Shown here piece by piece: positions 17,701 to 27,800 of a stretch of DNA of 64,000 nucleotides (the stretch's first letter is position 1; each line of letters opens with the position of its first letter). The stretch lies in the NCBI GenBank assembly GCA_964492125.1, contig CAZBJE010000009.1, positions 2,202-66,201 of the forward strand. Direction: 5' to 3'. The stretch comes from an uncultured Pseudobdellovibrionaceae bacterium (GTDB taxonomy: Bacteria > Bdellovibrionota > FAC87 > UBA2466). The position numbers and the translations under genes are program-made. The notes under the pieces are model-generated. The model searched no databases and had not been told where the DNA came from. It saw only the letters and a list, made by a program, of their open reading frames with translations.

Positions 17701-20700
17701 CCGGGTTCCGAACTACGGGCCAAGAGCATCAGGTCTTTTCGGAACAGTTCCAGTTCATGGGCGTTTTCCGTAGCCTGCAAAGACGCATGCTCTTGGAGAG
17801 TGTGATCGGCATTGAAAAGTAAATCCTTCGAACCTTGCGGCCCGTGCTTGGCATAGAGTTCCTTCAAATATTCCAGCTCGGGGGGAGAAAGCGGGCAAGT
17901 CTCCTGCGCTTGGCATTGTTTCAAGACCGCATCAAGCTGTTCTTGCAAGGGCTGCTGCGATTTGCCGTACTGGGTGATCTTCAGAATCTCGTTCCAAAGC
18001 TCTTGAGTCGCAGCATCATCCTTTTTGGGGTCATTCCCATCCACTAAGAAGCCCCGCACGGCATACTGTGCGACCGCGGCATTCAACTTAGCCGAAAACT
18101 CTGGATCATTCTGCGACATGTCCAGCAGGCGCCGAACGCGCGTTTCCATTGGAATGGGATCCTGGTCACCCGGCGCACGCGCCGGAAAGGAGCGCATATG
18201 AGCGAGAGCCAATAGGCCCCAAGCATCTTGCTGGGGAGAGTTTGCGGTTTTGCGTTCTTTAGAACTCGCTGCGGCGATGGCGTCTTCGACTTCTTTCAAT
18301 TTCTTTTCTTGTTCCGCGGAAAACTTTTTGTCTTCCGGCTGCCAGTAAAAACCGGAGCTTTTCGTCAGTTCGGCAATCCGCGCATCCAAAGCTCGGACAT
18401 CATTCAGCAGCTTGTTGTAGGCAGCCGGTACACGCGCGTTCCGACCTTGCGGTAGGCTCGGCCTCATATCTCTCATCTTTTCCCGGATCGCAGAGGCTTC
18501 TGATTTTTTTGCAACCAATTCCCGGAACTCTTTTTCTGGAAGTTTGGGGTAAGCCTCGCGTCGTTGCTTAGCTAAGGTCTCTTGCAGCTTCCGCTGGGAT
18601 TTCAAAAACTCTTTGTTTTGGGCATCTATTCGCACGCGCACGGCCGCGTCGGAAAGTGTCTCCGATAGCAAATCCCGGTGTTGCGACTGCCAGCGCGAGA
18701 GGGCCCGGCGTCGCAGAGCCTCCGCCCCCGTCATCCCATCGTCATATTCCATAAAGGAGGGATCCCGAATCAGCTCTTCCACCGAACGTTGACCACATTC
18801 TGCCACGGCACGAATCCGTTTGCGTTCCGCCAGCTGTTCTTTCAACCCGGCCAAATGTTCCGCACGTGCAGTCGGATCAGGGAGAAAGGGTTTGAGCAGC
18901 TCATCCGCTTTCTCAGTGTGGCCCGCTTCAAGATGGGCCATCAACGCCCGGGAATAAAGCATTCCGGCAATGCACTCCGCGACGTCCGGAGTACCCTCGC
19001 ACTGAGGAAAAGCACCCACCATACCCGGAAGCATCGAAGCCGTGCTCGGACTCATTTCACCATTCGCCAGGATTTCTCGAACGGCATCGCCGGCAAGCGT
19101 ATTCTGTTGGGCCGTTCCGTCGGTGAGCAGGTGATGCATACGCGGCGACACCGTGCGCAAGGCTTCCGCCAAATGGGCTTCGGGGTGTTCCGTAGGTACC
19201 GTCGCCAATAGCTCTGAGTAACGTTTGGGACTCAGATTGGCTTGTAGCTGGCGGAGCATTGAGGGGCCTAAATCGGGCGATTGCCCAAGATAAGTAAGCA
19301 AAGCGGATTCGGCGCCAATCGGTAAACCTAGTTCTGGATCGTGAGAAGCTTTTGCCTCTTTTAACGCTTCGAGCAGTTTCTGCCCTACTTCGCCCGCCTC
19401 CCCGGCCAATGTCTTCTGCTGCGCCAGGGTCGCGGCTTGGAGTGCGACGTTGGCGGAGTTCAGCGTGGGAGTCAGGGCCGCGGCGTCTGGAACATCGCCG
19501 TAAAGGGTTTTCGAATCGTGTCCCCGCGCCCGCATTACGAGCGAAACTAAAGCGAGCGCATCACGCTCCGCCGGTCCCAAGTTTTTTTCCTCCAGCAAAG
19601 CTTTCTCGGCAGCTTCGGCAACCAAGTCACGCTGGAGGCCACTTAGATTTTTGGAACCAATCGAAATTCCCTCGGGCAAAACAAGCGCCGAATGAGCAAG
19701 TGCACCTTGCAAAAGATTGCGCAGCGGCTCATCTGAATCGCCCTGGTTTAGCCGAGAAATCAACGCCATAGTCTGCACTAATGAATCTTTTCCCGCCGGG
19801 TCGAAGGCTATCTTAGCCAATTCATCGAATGGAATGAAATTGGCGTGAAATCCATCCTTATTGAGCCGCGCCTGCCCTTCCTTATCATCTTTGGCGGTGT
19901 GTTCGAGCAAACTGGCGAGCAACTCGAGACTTAACAGGTTGAGGTTTTTTTGGAGGCCTATTCGATCTTGCGCACTCAAACCCAATCCACGTGTTTGCAA
20001 AGCAGCAGCGATGCGCTCGATGAAAGGAGCCGACGGTAGGCGATCTCCGTTTTGTAAAGCCTTGCGTTCGAGCGCAAGTTGGCGAGCATAAAAATGGGGA
20101 GTAGATGCGCCGAAGTCCGACCATATTTCATTTCGGAACTGACTCTGGGCGCTATCTAACCGTTTCATTAAGTCAGAAACTTCGGGACGAAACTTCTGCA
20201 GGTCGGTGGCGCGCTGAAAATCGAAGCGCTCATCACCCAGCATTTGATGCAGGCGGTCGCCCAGCTGCAGGTCACCTTCGTTCAAGCCAGCGGTATGATC
20301 CGCCGTCAGCGGGTGAGAAAGCGCAGCGCGCAACTCACCCGTTCCCAAATAGGCATTCTTATTCGCAGCCGTGATCACCGCGGCTTTTTCCGGCGGCATG
20401 ATCCCCAAAAGTAAGTCGCTGTCGTGGGGCGCGGCATAGTCCATGGCTGCCAGCTGACTAGTGAGAAAACTGCGCAGTCTTTCCGCAGCAATTCCTTTCC
20501 ACGGCTCCCCGGGGCGAGCGAAAACTCCGCGGTCTTCTAAGCGAGATAAAACTTGTTGGTAGTAGGGGCGTAGCGCAGGGTCGGCGCGGTCCTGATGAGT
20601 AGAAAACTGTCCCTTCTCGGAATGGGGGGCCACGATTTCGGCCAAACGCGCTCGAGCGGCGCTCAGTTTTTCCTTGGGCAAAAGATCGCTTTGGAGCAAG

Positions 20701-21683
20701 TCATTCCCGCCCTCGGTCAGCGGTGACAAACTGTAACCTTTGGTTGATTGAGCGATCTCGCCATTGACCAAAAGATTTCGGAAGTAGTTAGCCCGGTCCC
20801 ATTCTAAAAAGAAATCAGCGGGAGGGGAGGCTCCTGCCCGCTCCCCATAGAGAAATTTCAGCATTCTTTTTTCGTCGTCATTGGCCAAGGCATCCAGATC
20901 AGCCAGAGTGCGTAGAGTTTTGCCCTTAAGCTTTTGATGGAACGCCAAAACCATTTCTTTGAGCTGTGTCGATTCCGCCGTATGGAGCTTTGCGTTCGAG
21001 CACTCTTCGCGTTTGCTGAGGGTGGTCAGGCGGTTGACGGAAATTTCGTCCGCAACAGCCGCCGCGAGTCGTGAGGGCGGAAGTTTTTCCAGCTCCGCGT
21101 TTTGCGCGTGCAGGTACTGGAACATCACGTTCAGAGGCGAAGGAGTCACCTTCACCCCAACCCCTTGGCTCGGTTTCATTCCCATTTCCCAAAATTCCTT
21201 GAGCGAATTGCTGAAGGGAGTACTCGGATCGCAGACCAAGCTCATTTGGTAGAGCAACAGAATATCGGGCATGAAAATCGAAAAAGACGTTTCCGTTTTC
21301 ACTTCGAAAGGATTCCCCGGGCCACCGGTTTTTTTGCTATCGAATAAGCCAGAGAAAGCCGGTTTGGTTGATCGATCATCGAAGCGCAATTCACCCGCTG
21401 GCGCTGGAGTTTGAAGTCCCGCAGCCGGACGATCTAAGTTGGGCAAGAAAGAACGGGACTGGGCGCCCACCGTCGGCAGGTGACTAGGATCACAGAGGCC
21501 TCTACCGGCCGCGATCACATCTTTCACGCTTTTTTCGCACCAGGGAGATCCCAAACGGCGACCGAAACCGACCGGTACGATTGTGCGCTTATCGGGTGTG
21601 GAATGCTTTGCCGGCTCTTGGGCGAACGCGGCGAACGAGAGGAGTGCAAGCAAGCAAAGCGTTGAAATTCTTTTTGGAATCAC
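14793..21683 (-). CDS. giant secreted protein, paralog A (2296 aa), no recognisable catalytic domain
   Basis: Uninterrupted 6.9-kb ORF. GTG start follows GGGGAGGGG. Signal peptide MIPKRISTLCLLALLSFAAFAQE. Gly/Ala-rich hydrophobic helices and two DxDxNGVPD loops are encoded at about 16068-16540. Confidence 0.85.
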   Translation of the reverse strand: MIPKRISTLCLLALLSFAAFAQEPAKHSTPDKRTIVPVGFGRRLGSPWCEKSVKDVIAAGRGLCDPSHLPTVGAQSRSFLPNLDRPAAGLQTPAPAGELRFDDRSTKPAFSGLFDSKKTGGPGNPFEVKTETSFSIFMPDILLLYQMSLVCDPSTPFSNSLKEFWEMGMKPSQGVGVKVTPSPLNVMFQYLHAQNAELEKLPPSRLAAAVADEISVNRLTTLSKREECSNAKLHTAESTQLKEMVLAFHQKLKGKTLRTLADLDALANDDEKRMLKFLYGERAGASPPADFFLEWDRANYFRNLLVNGEIAQSTKGYSLSPLTEGGNDLLQSDLLPKEKLSAARARLAEIVAPHSEKGQFSTHQDRADPALRPYYQQVLSRLEDRGVFARPGEPWKGIAAERLRSFLTSQLAAMDYAAPHDSDLLLGIMPPEKAAVITAANKNAYLGTGELRAALSHPLTADHTAGLNEGDLQLGDRLHQMLGDERFDFQRATDLQKFRPEVSDLMKRLDSAQSQFRNEIWSDFGASTPHFYARQLALERKALQNGDRLPSAPFIERIAAALQTRGLGLSAQDRIGLQKNLNLLSLELLASLLEHTAKDDKEGQARLNKDGFHANFIPFDELAKIAFDPAGKDSLVQTMALISRLNQGDSDEPLRNLLQGALAHSALVLPEGISIGSKNLSGLQRDLVAEAAEKALLEEKNLGPAERDALALVSLVMRARGHDSKTLYGDVPDAAALTPTLNSANVALQAATLAQQKTLAGEAGEVGQKLLEALKEAKASHDPELGLPIGAESALLTYLGQSPDLGPSMLRQLQANLSPKRYSELLATVPTEHPEAHLAEALRTVSPRMHHLLTDGTAQQNTLAGDAVREILANGEMSPSTASMLPGMVGAFPQCEGTPDVAECIAGMLYSRALMAHLEAGHTEKADELLKPFLPDPTARAEHLAGLKEQLAERKRIRAVAECGQRSVEELIRDPSFMEYDDGMTGAEALRRRALSRWQSQHRDLLSETLSDAAVRVRIDAQNKEFLKSQRKLQETLAKQRREAYPKLPEKEFRELVAKKSEASAIREKMRDMRPSLPQGRNARVPAAYNKLLNDVRALDARIAELTKSSGFYWQPEDKKFSAEQEKKLKEVEDAIAAASSKERKTANSPQQDAWGLLALAHMRSFPARAPGDQDPIPMETRVRRLLDMSQNDPEFSAKLNAAVAQYAVRGFLVDGNDPKKDDAATQELWNEILKITQYGKSQQPLQEQLDAVLKQCQAQETCPLSPPELEYLKELYAKHGPQGSKDLLFNADHTLQEHASLQATENAHELELFRKDLMLLARSSEPGLKADQLVATLQGGIGKNCPEDKQPKTEAEANGALYHQFTLRRDLQWGRSIADGLVSNPNAHPEKMDFARMKQSPKEREAWLRRVGGLKMAQDWVFRMSSGTAAHKMTKEKAWSAFMQLVAQAAGESVDIAQKKKKIESDLKEIGMTPTGESVGDLWKWDAAQLHKVSDDEKLKPGQKFTRSQFMGMLNDYYGLISAQTHALNPNAQAGSMGEDELHQKVHNAFIETSYQRDTAALGPNTLVTRREGSGYQNQPTDLNGHEKTTHYVFKDYAALRPEIEGKADRARRLLSNNGDLPLAIEKSGGAWEMTKRAAVRGDTGNDHAIGEMFNDVASTMTQLSELGSAKIKYDGHEVAADQARKDLALKYGAMITQHRDMLEGILKTYGIVSDEILSTVLELAATAAIVIVAGPAGVGIVALKGAAKLMKYRKLLKLLNRYDTYGRLAAASLQAGKVWWIKKGVDFAQSSYKMAKMGATSSFWSMPLNAGMGTYRLARATGRANAIDEDRNGVPDWQEAMTAGRWYEFPESVRHEIDTDNNGVPDSVDVARGMPIAKYTVGGFTDIYENAKSSGMAMALAPGAGMFFKGAVLKPLSNLLTKAAPKLKLAPAINSFEMVGGMFTTAMVKKHGFNDDKKSFGENFANNFQLQTFLRNLSDSGVDSVTGMAPFDDLLALRMLKNNPNVSPAAIYLVKSMVNHSQDGLQGVVETYRKGFYTTANGTQIKDPFYAALASIGEGAYMSQKSSNPKNAVIDALPKLIADEVISRSRAGEVNIQAPLLDYVLIDTVDKKGNKVKTTVRDLIAKEANLGDFNHANSSEAFMAIFTTKLVQKGVPEDKIKGFFKAALAKTPELERRLGEVDPFLDYIVREKLTADVLAGTARAEALTRAKTEYGALENFHRQVAAVDVVNPGTRNFKNDEIARVVESVATDYGLAPEAFKTYVANRVANETGGLSPAYSLGLLAREMRNRTRY

Positions 21684-21802
21684 GGCCCCTCCCCTGTGCG
21701 TATCGGTATTCTAAAGTGCAAGATAAAGACCTGAATGTGGGTGTATACAATTATGAAATCATTGATGAATACGCGGTGACGGACTACGGCAATGTAGAGG
21801 AT
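21684..21802 (-). promoter_or_regulatory. conserved 119-nt leader/promoter region of giant gene A
   Basis: About 88% identical to 28890-29008. Contains an AT-rich core with the TGTATACA palindrome (21742-21749) and the SD GGGGAGGGG. Confidence 0.5.
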
Positions 21803-21822
21803 TTAGGCAGTGTTCAGGGCGA
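21803..21822 (-). pseudogene. 20-nt relic of the 3' end (stop plus last codons) of the lipoprotein gene 29009-30154
   Basis: ttaggcagtgttcagggcga versus ttagtcagtattcagggcga at 29009-29028 (18/20). The relic would encode ..ALNTA*, against the real ..ALNTD*. Confidence 0.8.
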
Positions 21823-21824
21823 AC

Positions 21825-24800
21825 CTAATACCGGGTTCGATTGCGCATTTCGCGGGCTAGTAATCCCAATGAATAGGTGGGGTTAAGGCCATTGGGCTCG
21901 TTGGCAACTCGGTTGGCGACGTAGGTCTTAAACGCTCCTGGCGCCAACCCATAATCCGTCGCTACTTTTTCCACCACACGGGCGATTTCCTCGTTCTTGA
22001 AATTACGCGTACCGGGTGTCACCACATCCACCGCCGATACTTGGCGATGGAAATTCTCTAACGCACCATAATCGGTCATTGCGCGCGTCAGTGCTTCAGC
22101 GCGCGCGGTTCCGGCGAGCACATCGGCCGTGAGTTTTTCTCGCACAATGTAGCTTAAGAATGGCTCAACCTCGCCTAAGTGCCGCTCCAATACGGGAGTC
22201 TTGGCTAGCGCCGCTTTGAAAAAACCTTTGATTTCTTTTTCCGGCACCCCTTTTTGTACTAGCTTTGTGCTGAAGATAGCCATAAACGCTTCAGCAGAAT
22301 TGGCGTGATTGAAATCACCCAAATTGGCATCCTTCGCAATAAGGTCGCGCACCGTCTGCTTTACTGCATTTCCCTTCTTATCCACCGTATCGATCAAGAC
22401 GTAATCCAACAAAGGCGCCTGAATATTCACCTCGCCCGCTCGGCTGCGAGAGATTACTTGGTCCGCAATTATTTTTGGTAGCGCATCGATGACGGTGTTT
22501 TTTGGATTTGAAGCTTTTTGACTGAGGTACGCACCTTCCATCATGCTAGCGAGGGCGGCCCAAAAGGGCCCTTTGACCTGAGTTTTGTTGGCGGTGGTAT
22601 AAAATCCGTTGCGGTACTCTTCCACTATACCTTGCAATCCGTCTTGACCATGGTTTACCAGAGATTTGATGAGATAGAGCCCGGCCGGCGAGATATTTGG
22701 GTTCTTGTTTAACTTGTATGTCGCCCATAAATCATCGATCGGAGCCATGCCCGTGCCGCTATCGATTGCAGAATCGATGAAGTTCCGACCGAAGGTCTGC
22801 CATTGAGAATTGTTTGCGAAATTTTCGCCGAATGACTTCGTGCCGTCGTTTAACCCGTGCTTATTCGCCATCGCGATGGTGAACATGCCTCCAGCCATTT
22901 CAAAACTATTGAAGAACGGAGCACTCTTTAACTTCGGCGCTGCTTTGGCGAGAGCCCAGTTGATGGGTTTGATCGTAGCCCATTTGAAAAGTTTTCCGGC
23001 GCCGGGAGCTAGCGTCATTGTGAGCGCATTACTCTTGGCGCTTTCATAAATATCGGTAAAACCGCCGACCGTGTATTTCGCGGGCGGCATGCCGCGCAAC
23101 ACGTCGACGCTATCGGGCACTCCGTTGTTGTCGATATCGATACCAGCCCGGACGTCTTCGGGAAACTCGTACCATTGACCCGCGGCCATCTTTTCTTGCC
23201 AATCAGGAACGCCGTTGTGGTCTTTATCGATTTTATTGGCCAGGCCAGTAGCTTGTGCCAATCGAATCGCCCCAAACAAGCTATTCGCAGGCAGAGCCCA
23301 AAGCGAACCGGCGGCACCCGTCTTGGCCATTTTGTAAGAACTTTGGGCCAGGTCGACGCCTTGTTTAAGCCACCAAACTTTACCGGCTTGCAGGCTCCCT
23401 GAGGCCAACCTTCCATATGTGCCATAGCGGTTAAGAAGCTTGATAAGTTTACGGTACTTCATCAATTTAGCGGCGCCCTTGAGAAAGGCGATTCCCACCC
23501 CAGCCGGCCCGAAGACCATAAAGATCGCACCGCCGGCAGCGAGCTCCACCAAAAGCGGCAAAATTTCGTCGCTCAATGTACCGTATGTCTTAAGAATGCC
23601 TTCCAGCATTTCTCGGTTCTGGCTAAGCATCGCTGCGTACTTGAGCGCTAGGTCTTTTCTAGCTTGGTCGGCAGGAACTTCATGTCCATCGTAGGTGATT
23701 TTTGCGCTACCCAATTCACTGAGCTGAGTCATGGTGGAGGCGTACTCATTAAACATTTCGCCGATTGCATGATCATTGGCGGTGTCCAACGGTACTTCTC
23801 TAGCTCCGTGCTCGTTCCCCGGTTTGGCAATAATGCCTAAAGTAGAAACCAAACCGAGGGGGCCGAGCGGGCCTAGCGGGGACGTGGCCCCAACGTGACG
23901 GGCCATTTCGGCAGAAGTTTTCCCATTGGGACCGATGGGCTGGATGCCTGCACGCTTGGTCATCTCCCAGGCGCCGCCAGATTTTCCAATAGCTAGAAAC
24001 AAGTCCCCGTTGTTGGAAACGGATCGGCGAGCCCTATCTGCCCTGGCTTCTATCTCCGGACGGAGCGCGGTGTAATCCTTGAATTCATAGTGGAGGGCGT
24101 TTTCAAGCCCGCTGAGTTCCTCTGGTTGGTTATGATAGGCAGAGCTATCTCTTTTCCGAACTACCGTACGGGGGCCCAGCGCGGCAGCGTCCCGCTGGTA
24201 GCCTGCTTCCATGAAGGCATCGTGCACTTTTCGGTGCAATTCGTCCTCGCCCATCGACCCAGCCGGGGCATTAGGGTTAAGGGCGTGCGTCTGCGCGGCT
24301 ACAAGGCCGTAGTATTGATTGAGCCTTCCCATGAACTGGGATCGAGTGAATTTTTGGCCCGGATTGAGTATCTCATCGTCGGAGACTTTATGGAGATTGG
24401 CGGCATCCCACTTCCACAGATCGCCGACCGATTCGCCAGTCGGAGTCATACCGATCTCTTTAAATTCAGCTTCAATCTTTTTCTTCTTCTGTGCAATTTC
24501 CATCGACTCGGCTGCAGCCTGTGCGATTAGCTGCATGAAGGTGCTCCAAGCCCTATCTTCGCTCATCTTGTGAGCCTGAGTTCCAGAGCTCATGCGAAAG
24601 ACCCAGTCTTGCGCCATTTTCAAACCACCCACTCGCTGCAGCCAAGCGTCTCGCTCTTTTGGCGATTGCTTCATTCTGGCGAAATCCATTTTTACTAGGT
24701 GTGCATTTGGGCTGCTTACCAATCCGTCGGCGATGGAACGCCCCCAATGCAAATAGCGGCGCAACATGAGTTGGTGACGGTAAGCGGATTCCAACTCCCC

Positions 24801-27800
24801 GTCTTTTGGCATCAATTCTTCTGGGCAATTCTGGCCAATCGTACCTGGAAGCGTTTCTACGAACATATCTTCTTTGACGACGGGTTCTGAACTACGCGCC
24901 ATCGCCATCAAGTTTCTCCGGAATACTTCAAGTTCATGGGCATTTTCTGCCGCTTGCAGAGCCGAGTGCTCCTCGAGAGTATGATCCGCGTTGAAAAGCA
25001 GATCTTTAGAACCTTGCGGCCCGTGTTTGGCGTAGAGTTCTTTTAGGTATTCCAGCTCAGTGGGAGAGAGTGGACAAGTTTCCTGCACTTGGCATTGCTT
25101 CAAAACCGCATCTAGTTGCTCTTGCAAGGGAAGCTGCGACTTATCGTACTGAGTAATCTTCAAAGTCTCGTCCCAAAGTTCTTTGGTCGCCGCATCATCC
25201 CGCTTAGGATCGCTGCCATCGATGCGTTCTGCTATAAAGCCTAGTTGGGCATACCGTAATACGGTGGAGCCCAACTTAGCCGAAAATTCGGGATCGTTTT
25301 GCGCTATTTGCATGAGGCGTGCAACACGCGTTTCCAGTGGAATAGGATCCTGGTCGGCCGGCGCACGCGCCGGAAAGGAGCGCAAATGGGCAAGTGCCAA
25401 TAGCCCCCAAGCATCTTGCTGGGGAGAGTTTGTGGTTCTGCGTTCTTGAGAACTCGCCGCGGCGATGGCGTCTTCGACTTCTTTCAGTTTCTTTTCTTGT
25501 TCCACCGAAAACTTTTTATCTTCCGCCTGCCAGTAAAAACCGGAGCTTTTCGTCAATTCTGCGATGCGCGTTTCCAATTCTTTTAATTCGCTCACAAGAT
25601 TGGTGTAAGCAGCCGGTAAGCGCGGGCTTCGGCCTTTCGGCAGACTGGGCCTCATGGCCTTCATTTTCTCCTGGATCGCAAAGGCTTCCGATTTTCGTTG
25701 AACCAACTCCCGGAATTCCTTATCGGAAAGTTTGGGGTACGCGTCGCGTCGTTGCTTCAACAATGTACCGTGAAGTCTACGCTGGATTTTCAGAAATTCT
25801 TGATTTTCGGCAGCCAATCGCGCGCGCACGGCAGCGTCCGACATGGTGTCCGAAAGCACACCCCGGTGCTGCGCCTGCCAGCGCGAAAGAGCTCGACGCC
25901 GCATTGCCTCCGCCCCTGTCATCGTATCGCTACGTTCCATGAAAGAAGGATCCCGTATGAGCTCTTCCACCGAACGCCGACTGCATTCCGCGATACTGCG
26001 GATACGTTTGTGAAACCCCATATCCTTTTTCATTGCTGCCAAATGTTCCGCACGCATGGCGGAATCAGGGATCACGAATTTAAGCAGATCGTCCGCCTTC
26101 TCAGCTTGCCCGGCTTCAAGGTGGGCCATGACAGCACGCGAATAAAGGACCCCGTAGACACATTGCGAACTATCCGCAGCCTTCGCACAGATAGAAAACG
26201 CATCCATCCGCTCGGCGTCCACCAAAATGGGAAGCATTCCCGCCGTGCTTGCACTAATTTCGCCGTTCGCCATTATTTCTCGGACCGCATCCCCCTCCAG
26301 CGTATTTCTCTGAGCGATTCCGTCGGTAAGCAAGTGATGCATACGCGGCGATACCGCGCGCAATGCTTCCGCCAAATGGATTTCGGGTTGTTCTGCAGGT
26401 GCTGTCGCCAATAACTCTGCGTAGCGTTTGGGACTCAGATTGGCTTGCAGCTGGCGGAGCACGGAGGGGCCCAGATCCGGAGATTGCCCCAGGTAAGTAA
26501 GTAAGGCGCCTTCGGCGCCTATCGGTAAACCCAGTTCCGGGTCGCGCGAAGCCTTTGCGTCCTTTAGCGCGTCGAGCAGTTTCTGCCCTACTTCGCCCGC
26601 TTCCACCGCCAACGCTTTCTGCTGCGCCAGAGTCGCAGCTTGGAGTGCCACGTTGGCGGAGTTCAGCGAGATGGTGAGGGCCGCAGCGTCTGGAACATCG
26701 CCATAGAGAGTTTTCGAATCGTGGCCCCTCGCCCGCATTACCATTGATACTAGTGCGAGCGCGTCTCGCTCCGCGGGTCCCAAGTTCTTTTCTTCTAGCA
26801 AAACTTTCTCCGCAGCTTCGGCAACTAAGTCACGCTGGCGGCCACTTAGATTCTTGGAACCAATCGAAACTCCCTCCGGCAGAACGAGCGAGGAATGGGC
26901 GAGCACACCTTGCAAAAGCTCACGAAGGGGTTCGTCGGAATCCCCTTGGTTCAAACGCGAAATTAAAGCCATTGTCTGGACGAGTGCGTTTTTGCCGGCT
27001 GGAGCGTAGGCAACTTGGGCTAACTCATCGAAAGAAATGAAGTTGGCATGAAAGCCGTCTTTATTTAGGCGCGCCTGCCCATCCCTATCGTCTTTGGCAG
27101 TGTGTTCCAGCATTTTTGCCAACAGCTCAAGACTTAGGAGATTGAGGTCTTTTTGAAGAGCGATTCGATCCTGTGCATTCAAGCCCAACCCCCGCGACCG
27201 CAAGACTGCTGCGATGCGATCAATGAGTGGAGCCGAAAAGAGGTGTTCTCCATTTTGTAAGGCATTGCGTTCGGACGAAAGTTGCCTGCCATAAAAATGA
27301 GGCGTGGATGCACCATAGTCGGACCAAATTTCATTTCGGAACTGACTCTGAGCACTTTCTAACCGTTTCATCAAGTCAGTTACTTCGGGACGAAATTTCT
27401 GCAGGTCGGTGGCGCGTTGAAACTCGAACCGCTCATCTCCCAGCATCTGGTGCAAGCGATCGCCTAGCTGCAGATCTCCTTCGTTCAATCCCGCGGTATG
27501 ATCCGCCGTAAGCGGGTGAGAAAGTGCCGCGCGCAACTCTCCCCTTCCCAAAAAGGCATTCTTATTCGCCGCCGTTATCAATGCGACCTTCTCTTGTGGC
27601 ATTATCTCCTTCAGCAAGTCGGTATCATGCGGTGCCGCATGGTCCATTGCCGCCAATTGGCTCGTCAAATAGCTGCGCAGTCTTTCTGCGGCAATTGCCT
27701 TCCACGGCTCCCCGAGGCGCGCAAAAACTCCGCGTTCTTCCAGGCGAGACAGAACTTGATGGTAGTACGGGCGTAGCGCAGGATCGGCACGGTCCTCTTG

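Noticed and set aside
23850-23880. PLGPLGPLG read as a collagen-like or CRISPR-like repeat.
   Set aside because: It has only three imperfect 9-nt units inside a coding insertion, which is too short for either interpretation.
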